Assembly (NCBI RefSeq): GCF_016432865.1
Contig: NC_067399.1
Coordinates: 39,618,001-39,682,000, forward strand
Direction: 5' to 3'
DNA from: Antechinus flavipes
Taxonomy: Eukaryota
Length of the DNA stretch: 64,000 nucleotides
A program made the position numbers and the translations under genes. Numbering within the stretch: the first letter of the stretch is position 1; every line of letters starts with the position of its first letter. The notes under the pieces were generated by a model. That model worked only from the letters and a program-made list of their open reading frames with translations, did not search any database and was not told the origin of the DNA. This document shows, piece by piece, positions 26,965 through 36,610 of this stretch.

Positions 26965-27610
26965 CTGGTTCTCACAGGCTGATCAACAATATGTGCCTGG
27001 CCAAGTCCCACCTGGTCATTGTTTGGGCCTTGATTGACTCAGAGTGGAAGTAAATAGCAATGATTTGATTTTGGCCAGAAACCCTGAAGGTCTTCCCCTC
27101 CCAGATAGTTTTCATTTTTTGGATCACTGGAGTCCACACTAAGCAGAGCCACAAAGGCACATGCAAATGAGCAGTAAAAGAGATCATTCTCTGCCTCATT
27201 TCTTACCTCTCCTCAATCACTGATTGGGTATTGCCTAAATCAAATCTGAGACCTCTTAAACCTTAGCTTAAAAAAGTTAAGGCCTTTCATTGCCTCCAGA
27301 GCCATCTCCAGTTGTCTTTTTTTTTGCTGAGGCAATTGGGGTTAAGTGACTTGCCCAGGGTCACCCAGCTAGAACGTATTAAATGTCTGAGGCCAGATCT
27401 GAACTCAGGTCCTCCTGACTTCAGGGCTGGTGCTCGATCCATTGTGCCACCTAACTGCCCCAGTTGTCTTAATCTATATCTGGCCACTGCACCCAGATGA
27501 ATCTGGAGGAGAGAGTGATGCTGGTGACCTTCCTCAGCCTTCCCTCATTTAAATCTAATTCACTTGCATGTCATGGCATCACCTTCCCGATATCATGAAC
27601 GAAGGACAAA
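26965..27610 (+). mobile_element. Marsupial RTE-related SINE (WALLSI-like), interrupted
   Basis: gtttgggccttgattgactcagagtg...ccctgaaggtcttcccctccc...gagccatctccag...gaacgaaggacaaacaataacaac. Orientation and family name from recall. Confidence 0.6.
27319..27460 (-). mobile_element. WSINE1-type SINE nested in an RTE-related SINE
   Basis: Near-consensus copy; perfect TSD CAGTTGTCTT (27309-27318, 27461-27470). Confidence 0.9.
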
Positions 27611-28849
27611 CAATAACAACAGTGTTTTGATACTGGAAATCATGGAGCGATTTAAACTGGATTTAGTAAATTGGGAGACATCTGCATAGAAGTGATGACT
27701 GAATTCAGAATGGTTGATGGAGTTATAAAGAAAGGATTGTATACTGATTTTGGAATCAGGAAGACCTGAATTCAAATTCTGCCTCTAATACTCATTAGAT
27801 ATGTGACTCTAGACAGGTCATTCATTGAACTTTCCTGACCCTTACTTTCCTCATTTGCAAAATTTGAGGATTGAGATGATCTCTAAGATCCTCCCAATTC
27901 TACATTCATGATCCTATGATAATAGTGAGGGTATATATATAGAAAAAGGTCTTGAGGGACCCTATAGGTAGGGGCTGATGACCCATCAATGAAAACTGAT
28001 AAAGAACAGTCAGATGGGGGTAGAGGAGTAACTCAGGAAGAAGAGGATTCAGGTCGACGGATATAGCAATTTGGTAACCTTGAAGAAAACAAGTCCAGTT
28101 GATAGGTATATATACATGTGCATGTATATATACATATATCACTGTTCATTATGTACATACATGCAGATTAAATCATATGAAGAGTAGAACCAGGCAGTCC
28201 AGCTCTGGATCTTCTCCATTGGTATTCCCAGAAAAAGTAAACTTTAGTGGAGGTGATGGGGTAACTTCCTGAAAGTCCATTGATATTTGAGAAGAAAGCC
28301 TTACCTTCACACACACACAAAAAAACCCAGCTTTGCCCCTAGACCAAAAGGTGGGGCTAACAATGATAAATTGACCTGGCACTGGAGGATAGAACCAGGA
28401 TTTGCCAGTCAGAAGAACCTTTGTCCTAAGCAGGGGCAATGACTGGTTCTCTCCCTAGTCATAGCAACAATGACAAGATCTCAATGTCTGATTCTGTACA
28501 ATGAATACAAATATTATTTTGGAAATTCTGATAATAATTCACATATGTTAGGCAAAGCATCACAAACATCATAATAGACAAATTTAATTTTAATGAGGAT
28601 TCACGATACTACCTTGTTAGGGAACAAAGAAAATCTAAAACATGGAGATCTCATGGGTAGAAATCACAGAGGTTAATAATGGATTGTCACCACCAAGAGA
28701 GGAGGAAGGACTCATGGGATAGGGACTGAATCCTGGAAAGGTTTGCCTCACCTGTGATCCAGGGGCAGGAAGAGAGGAGGAAGCATGCTACCAGGGGGTT
28801 TCCAATTTTAATGAACTATTTTAGTCAACTAATAGTAACTAAGTATTAT

Positions 28850-28935
28850 AGTATAATAGTATAATTATATATTATATAATATAATATATATATTATAATA
28901 TAATTATAAGTATAATAGTAACTAAATAGTAACTA
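28850..28935. repeat. AT-rich low-complexity repeat
   Basis: tataat/tata arrays bounded by aatagtaactaag repeats. Confidence 0.85.
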
Positions 28936-29185
28936 AGCTCAGTTGTTTATTCCTGCTGAAGATAGCTACTAACCAGTACCTTCTAAATTTTTGCACCTTG
29001 AGGCAAAGTTCTAGATTATCCATCCTAGCTCTGGATCTGCTCATTTGCATGTGCCTTTGGGGCTCTGCTTAGTGTGGACTCCAGTGATCCAAAATAAGCT
29101 GATTACCTGAAATGTCATCACCATTTGATTGATTTAGTTTTTTGATACTTCTCTCCTCTGTTTGGAGGGCTGTGGTGGTAGAGAT

Positions 29186-29387
29186 CAGTGGTTCTCAAAC
29201 TTTTGTTTTCAGTATCTTTATCCTAGTAAAAATGATTGAGGATCTCTCCAAAGCGTTTTTGTTTATCTGGATTATATTTATAGACATTTACCATATTGGA
29301 AATAAAAACTATTTTTGAATTTGTAGACCCTCTAAAAGGGTTTCAGAGATCCCCAGGATTCTCTAGACCATACTTTGAGAACCACTG
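29186..29387. mobile_element. Old hAT-Charlie MITE (MER5/MER20-like TIRs)
   Basis: CAGTGGTTCTCAAA ... TTTGAGAACCACTG perfect 14-bp TIRs; TSD decayed. Confidence 0.75.
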
Positions 29388-30196
29388 GAAAGTAATAAAC
29401 CCCTCCCAATGTTTTCCTTTATAGAAGGCTCAGAGCAGACCTTTCTAAATAATTTTTCACTTTTCATCAGAAATTCCTCTTTCCCTTTTCAGAAAGGGAA
29501 TGCCTTCCTTCATTAGAGTGTAAAGTCCTTGAGGACAAGTCCTGTCTTTTTTAAAATTTGTATTTCCAATATTTAGCACACAGTGTGTGCTTGGCACTAC
29601 AGTAGGCACTTAGTACTTCTTGAAATAAATTGAAGAAAATACCAATTTTCAGTTATGGTTCATAAAAATAAGATATATTTTTCTCCATCTAGTTTCACAC
29701 ATTGTCCTGAAATCTATCTATAAACACCTTGGGGATCAATGGACACCAGTTTAAGAACTCCTGCAAAGGGATCTGATAAAAATTCTTTGGAGTATAATAT
29801 ATGCTGAAGACAACAGGTGGCGCTAAAGCTTGCCAGGCTTGTGCTTATTTCCACTATGTCCACCTGGGTTTCAATATTAGGAAACTACTGTGTATTCTCA
29901 CAGATCACAATTCACCCAGTTTCCTCTTTAAGGCCCATCAAAATTAATAAATTCATTTGGTTTATCTCTCTTCCAAAAGATCTTAATTTTCCCCACAACA
30001 TGATCTGGGAAGATTTATTCATTCATGTATAGACTAAAATGCATTTACTAAAAAAAAAAAAAAAAAATTAAAGTATGAAAGATCTGAATTAAAAAAAAAA
30101 CCATTGCAACTTGAGTAAGTCACAATAGCTTATGTTAGCCTGAATTTTCCAACATCCACCTTTATTTTGCTTTTGTCACTGAAATATGAGTCACAA

Positions 30197-30812
30197 CAGT
30201 CCTTTTTGTCATGGCTAGAAACTGGAAATTGAATGGATGCCCATCAATTGGAAAACAGTTGGGTAAATTGTGGTATATGAATGTTATGGAATATTATTGT
30301 TCTGTAAGAAATGACCAGCAGGATGAATACAGAGAGGGTTGGAGAGACTTACATGAACTGATGCTAAGTGAAATGAGCAGAACCAGGAGATCATTATACA
30401 CTTCAACAACAATACTGTATGAGGATGTATTCTGATGGAAGTGGATCTCTTCTACAAAATTTCTAATTCAGTTCCAATTGATCAATGATGGACAGAATCA
30501 GCTACATCCAGAGAAGGAACATTGGGAAATGAATGTGGACTACTTGCATTTTTGTTTTTCTTCCCAGGTTATTTTTACCTTCAGAATCCAATTTTTCTTA
30601 TGCAACAAGAGAACCGTACGGATCTGCACACATAAATTGTATCTAAGATATACTTTAACATGTTTAACATGTATGAGACCGCCTCCCATTTAGGGGGAGA
30701 GGGTGGAGGGAGGGAAGAGAAAAGTTGGAACAGAAGTGAGTGCAAGGGACAATGCTGTAAAATTACTCATGCATATGTTCTGTCAATAAAAAGCTATAAT
30801 AAGAAAAATTAA
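30197..30812 (+). mobile_element. 5'-truncated L1, same subfamily as 17324
   Basis: Closely similar to the 17324 copy; TSD GAAATATGAGTCACAA / GAAATATGAGCCATAA (30181-30196, 30813-30828). Confidence 0.9.
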
Positions 30813-30969
30813 GAAATATGAGCCATAAAAGCCTTTATATCAAGTAGTACTTGATCTAATATTCAGAATAGATGGATGGAGGTTGAGGGAGGAAAGGGGT
30901 CACCATGTCACCGGGCCATTCTTTTTGTCCCACCATATAGCTATTATTTTTCTAGGTATTGTTTCAGAC

Positions 30970-31205
30970 TAACTGAGGCCTGGGAAAGATCTTAATTTAG
31001 AAAAGCCAAGGTCATCTGTTGCATATCCTGGGTTATCAAAAGTTGTCTTGACTTTTGTTTTGCCATTGGACTGGAATGCTCTAGAGAAGAAAGTGAGGCT
31101 CATGACTTTGTGCAGTTCTGCCTCAGTTAAATTCAATTCACACAGCAAAGCAAGAAATAACTCTTGTGATGTCATCAGTCTTCTTCAAGAAAGAAGGATG
31201 AACAA
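30970..31205 (+). mobile_element. RTE-related SINE 3' part (WALLSI-like)
   Basis: Colinear with 27240-27610 (aaaagccaaggtc...gagaagaaagtgaggct...aaattcaattcac...gaaggatgaacaac). Confidence 0.55.
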
Positions 31206-31397
31206 CTTTGACTTCTAGAATCACTCTACTCAGTGTCCTGACAACCTGCTATGTAATCTACCATTGACTATCCCACTGGCATGCAGCAGCCCTTTCTCCC
31301 CAGGGATCAGAGGCAGTGGGGATTGTTTAGCCTCTTCATACTCTTTCATTTCTCTTTTGTGATTAAGATGGAGAAGTAAAAAGGTAGAGAAAGCCAC

Positions 31398-31401
<4 letters not shown>

Positions 31402-31436
<35 letters not shown>
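31402..31436. repeat. (CA)n microsatellite
   Basis: Direct reading. Confidence 0.95.
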
Positions 31437-31439
<3 letters not shown>

Positions 31440-32760
31440 TCCGTAGAAAAAAATAACAGAAGCAAACCCTCAAACCAGGCAAACACTGCATAGAGATAAT
31501 GGAGAGCATCATGGAGAGTGAGAGAGACTGTATACCAAAGAAACTAGCTTGAAACCTGGTAAATAGACCACAATTATAAATCCTGAAAAAAAAAATTAAA
31601 GACACTGAATACAGTAAATACTATGGGTTAAGTGAAACCTAAGAGGTAATCTTAAATGAGAAGATGAACTTCTCAACAACTACAAGCAAAACTTCAGAGA
31701 AAATAATGTCTTGGTCACAAGAACCACAAGAAAGGCTGCAAGAAATTAAACAAAAGATGAAAAATTAAATTAGAATTGAAATTAGCTCTTCAGAGGAAAA
31801 AATTAGAATAAGAGAACAAAAGGTAGAAAAATTTATCCAAGTGATGGACTCTCTAGGGGAGAAAAGAGTAGAACAAATAGAAACTCAATGATTTTGTGAG
31901 ACAAGAAATATTCAATGTTAAAACATTTAAGAAATAGAAAAACATGTTTGGTATCTACTATTAAAAACAAATGAACTGGAATATAAGCCAAGTAGAGTCA
32001 ATATAAGTAAAAAATTTGAATACTGTATTTCAAGATATAATTAAATAAAATTAACCAGTCACTAAAATTATATGGCAAAGTAAAAATAGAAAGAATCCAC
32101 TGGATCACCTCCCGAAAAAAAAAAACCCCAACAAACTCTGAAGTAAAAACAACAAAGACTATCATAGCCAAATTCCAGAATTTCAAAGTCAAAGAAAGGA
32201 GTTCAATTACTAAGTCGGGGTCAAATAAGACTATGTTATGACTATTTAAAGGAGTGAAAATCTTGGATATGATATTCTAAAAGGTAAAGGATAAATTAGC
32301 CATGAATAACCTGCCCTTCAAAACTACATAAAGGGAGTAAATGGATATTAAACAAAACTGAGGGCTTTCAAGCTTTCTTGTTGAAAATACCATAGCTGAA
32401 TAGAAACTCTGAAACGTGAACAGTTACTGAGAAGTAATTAGATGGAGCAAAATGATGATGAAGTCCTTATATTCTAATAGTGTGAGAAGAGATCTGTCCA
32501 GTTAAAATCAAACTTTCAATGATCAAGAAATTAAGAAACAAACACAGGACTTAGGTGGTGTTTTTGTTAATTTTAAGAGAGGAAAAGGATGGGGGAAAGG
32601 AATAAAGGAAATATTTAAGGAAGAAGGAAGAAATTCTCTATTTCATGTAACTGGGACATAGAGCACATGAAAATGGAGGAAGGAGTAGGGGAATGAGCTT
32701 CTCATGATCTCATATGTACTCATATCTACTTATATGTACTGGGCAAAGAAGGTTTAACAT
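31440..32760 (+). mobile_element. Old L1 ORF1 relic
   Basis: A-rich degenerate ORF1-like DNA (aaaatagaaagaatccactggatcacctcc...atagccaaattccagaatttcaaagtcaaag). Confidence 0.65.
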
Positions 32761-34979
32761 ATTTGCTTAATACAAATAGTTTGAAGTAGAAATAAATTTA
32801 ACTCAGTTCTTGTTGCTAAGTTTTCAGTTTCTCTGACTCTTCATGAGATAGCAGATATACTGAAGTATTTTGCCTTTTCCCTCTCCAACTTATTTTAGAT
32901 TAGGAAACTGAGGCAGACAGGATCACAACAACAAAATTTATTAAAGATTTTACAAGAAATGTTGGCTCATGGTTACTCCTTTAGGATCAAGTAGAAAAGG
33001 TATGATGGTTCAACCTGAAATATAAATACTCTTAAGTGGTTATTACCTTTTTCAAATGATGCAACCTTTTAAAGTCTAAGAGAACTGGATTAATGAAAGA
33101 ATAAGAAACTAAGAACAACATGGGAATTTCTAATTTGTGAACAAAGACTGCTTTTAACTTAGGAAATATTGGCTTTCAATATCAGTCCATTTTGAATTAC
33201 TTCTTAGTCCTGTCTTAGTCTATTTATCCCAGCTCTAATCCTTCAATAATTCTGTCTCAGCTCCTCTTTACTTTGATCAATAGACATTTATTCAAACAGT
33301 AAGCATTTACTGAGTTTTCAGTGTACCAAGCACTGTGTTTCAGTACTGGGCTCTGTCCTAGGTTTTAGAAGAATAGAAACAAGTTTTAATCTGTATTTAG
33401 TCTCTTACCAAATCTCTTTTTCTTTGAACAGCTCATTCTGCATATCTGGAATGTACTCCTTCCACAGAGATGTGATGTAGAATATCAAGTTCTGGGAACA
33501 GCAACTAGTCCCATGTAGTTGAAATATAGATACATGAAGGGAATCCCCAACTTGAGGACTCTCCCCTTCTTTGGGTCTTTAGAATGTAAGAATATAAGAA
33601 ATACAAGGATATTTCTATCCCTGGTGCTCAGCACAGTCACTTGCACCCAACTTCAACTCCGTCATATGAGAGGTGAGGAAACTGAGACATAGGTAGATTT
33701 AGTGATTTACCTGGGATCTCCCAGCTGGTATCTGAGGCAATATTTAATGTGGGTCTTCCCAGCAAGTTCCCCACTCTATCCACTCAAAAATGAGGAAGGA
33801 AAGGATAGTTTCGGGCAGAGGGACATCTTGTCTGAAGACCTGTTCCTTTGAACATAGCCCTTGCTGGGCCCTGGAGAAGCAATGGAAACACATGAAGAGA
33901 TTGAGTCCAGCATCTCTCTTCTTGCCCTCATATGTGTGGATCCCACAACGACCAGTCCCAACTTCCTTATCCTCTTTATACAGCTTCCCAGTCCACTTTC
34001 AGCCCATTTATCATTTTCTTTTCCAGTCTACCTCATCCACCCCAGTTCCACTCTCTCCAGTGCCCTTATCTTCCTTTTCTTCAGTTTTTAAAGCCTTTCA
34101 CAAACTGGCTCCTTTCAATCTTTCCCATCTTCTTATACTTTACTCCCCTGGGGAACTGTACAATTGACAGCAGCCTTCTTGTTGTTCATTCTCACTAAGC
34201 CTTTTTTTCAGTAGCCTTCCCCTTCCTCTTCTGCCTTCCATCAAAGATTCAGCTCCCACCTCATACAGGCCTTTCCCGGTCTTCCTACTACTAGTACCTC
34301 CGCCCGTCAGGTTACTACCTTCCACTTAACAATATCTGCCATTTAAATAACACTTCAGAGTCTAAAGTACTTTACAAATATTCTCTCAACTTCACAACAG
34401 CAATGGGTGCTATCATCACCTCATTTTTAGAGATGAGAAACTGAAGCATGCAGAAGTGCCGAGGGACCTGTCTAGATCATCCAGCTGATCAAGCGTCCCG
34501 AGGTAGGATTTGAACTCAGGTCTCTCGGATCCCAATTCATTTGCTCCCTACGAGTATCTTCTATACAGGGCTGTTTTCGCGTTGTCTCCCTCACGAGCTC
34601 TCAGAGGGCGGGGACTGTTTTTTGTCTTTCTTCTTGGCATTCCCAGAGCTTGGCACCCCTGGCACACAGCAGGCACCTAATAAGTGACTTTTGAATGACT
34701 GGACTCCCTCTTCTTGGAGCAGAAAGGAAGCAAACAGCCCGTGGCCCTTCCTGGACACTGCCTAGCTACTCATCCTCTGCTAGGATTCGGGGCTGCAAGG
34801 GCTCTCGGAGGATAGCTCATCCTGTCCGGCTCCTCGTTTAGCAGATGAGGAAACTGAGGCTCCGAGAGAAGTGGCTTGTCCAGGTATATGACCAGTCTTT
34901 AAAAGAGAAGAGCATGGCTACCAAGGGAAGGAACAGAAAAGCATTACCCGAGGAGCTCCCTCCTTCAAGGAGATCACTT

Positions 34980-36100
34980 CATGAAAAGGCTTTTCCTCCG
35001 CACCCCTCTAAAAAAAGAACTACAACTCCCACAGTGCTCCGCGCGGCCCGGTGCCGCGCACGCGTGACCAGCCGAACTCCTCCCCTTGCAGAGAGCTGCG
35101 AGGCGGCCGAGCCTAGCTGTGCTGCCTCCTGTGGCCGCCCCCCGGCCCCGGGGCTGAGTCGTGGTTCCGCAGCGGGTCGTAGAATGGCGTTGAAGCGGAT
35201 CCAGAAGGTAAGCCTCCCGCCTTCCCTCGTCCTCAGCGTGAGTCCGGGACGGAGGAGCCGCGGGCGTCGGCTTCACTTCCACACTGGGAGCCGCGGCAGG
35301 AGGCGGCGCCGCGCGCAGGCGCGGGAAAACTTGTGGCACCTGCCAAATAGGGAGGCGGCGCCGCGCGTGGCCGCTGCCTTACAAGGCAATGGTCGGCGCG
35401 GGAGCTGGGGCGGGGCCGCGCGGGGTCAGGGGAGCGTCCGGGGGCGGGGCCTGGGCGCAGCTACGGCGCCCGCTGGCCAACCAGTGCTTCTTAGCGGGTT
35501 CCCCTTCGTCCTGGATCGTCCATGAGCATAGAGGGGGCGTGGCCCATGTTCTAGCACCGCCCCCTGCTCCTATCATTTAAAGACAGGAGCTGTCAACCTC
35601 AGGCTCCGCACCGCGTGGGGCCCACAGCAGATGCTTAATTAATGCTTGTACACTTGCCCCCTTCCCTGATGGTCTACCGGACTAGATCCGGGCTCGAGAG
35701 GACCTCAGGCTCATTCACATATGCATCAGGACGGGAAACTGAGGCTCCCAAGGCCAGCCAGAGCGTGGCGGCTCCTGAGACTCCCCAGCCCGGCCTTCTC
35801 TCCTGCGCGCTACGGTCTTCCTGCACGTGCCGCTGAGAGCTGGAAAGCAAGCATCCGAGAGGGGCATCTGGGCCAGAGCGGGAAACTGAGTCTCAGCCGG
35901 GGGGCAGGCTGGGCCTTCTCCGTCCCAGGAGCCTGCTCGTCCGGGCGCCGATTCCGGACCGGGGCCATTTCTTTGTGATTTGCATTCTGCTTGTCCCCTG
36001 GGCTGCAAGTCTGTAACTCGGCGGGGTCCTGGGTCCCAGACAGTGATCATCTGTGTAGGGATTTCTGTAAGGAAGTGCCTCGGTCCCTGCGGAAAGTCAC
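34980..36100. promoter_or_regulatory. CpG island / UBE2D4 promoter
   Basis: GC- and CpG-rich around exon 1; NRF1-like GCGCACGCG near 35056; YY1-like AATGGCG overlapping the ATG; GC boxes and G4-like runs 35400-35456. Boundaries approximate. Confidence 0.85.
35184..35207 (+). CDS. UBE2D4: UBE2D4 coding exon 1 (MALKRIQK)
   Basis: ATGGCGTTGAAGCGGATCCAGAAG|GTAAGC in a CpG island; canonical UBE2D N-terminus and 24-nt exon. Confidence 0.95.
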
Positions 36101-36184
36101 TGTTCCACTTGTTATCTTGTAGATCTCAGGGAGCCTTCGGGGCCTGTGGGGGGGAGGACCTTGCTCCTGGGCTCCTATGACACC

Positions 36185-36610
36185 TACTCACCCTCCCCCC
36201 CCCCTCACTCTCTGACACACACTCACTCACACACACACTCTCACNNNNNNNNNNNNNNNNNNNNNNNNNNNNNNNNNNNNNNNNNNNNNNNNNNNNNNNN
36301 NNNNNNNNNNNNNNNNNNNNNNNNNNNNNNNNNNNNNNNNNNNNNNNNNNNNNNNNNNNNNNNNNNNNNNNNNNNNNNNNNNNNNNNNNNNNNNNNNNNN
36401 NNNNNNNNNNNNNNNNNNNNNNNNNNNNNNNNNNNNNNNNNNNNNNNNNNNNNNNNNNNNNNNNNNNNNNNNNNNNNNNNNNNNNNNNNNNNNNNNNNNN
36501 NNNCAAATAACCCCCCCACACTCACACCACACACATTCACATATATACACACACTCACACCTGCTACTACACACACTCTCTCTCACACAGACACACTCAC
36601 ACTCGCACCA
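36185..36610. repeat. CA-rich low-complexity array spanning an N gap
   Basis: cacacactc arrays on both sides of the gap. Confidence 0.85.
36245..36503. other. Assembly gap (259 N)
   Basis: N run inside the CA-rich array. Confidence 1.

Noticed and set aside
27117-29094. 58-bp inverted pair as TIRs of a 2-kb DNA transposon
   Set aside because: No TSD, and the host SINE continues uninterrupted inside the interval.
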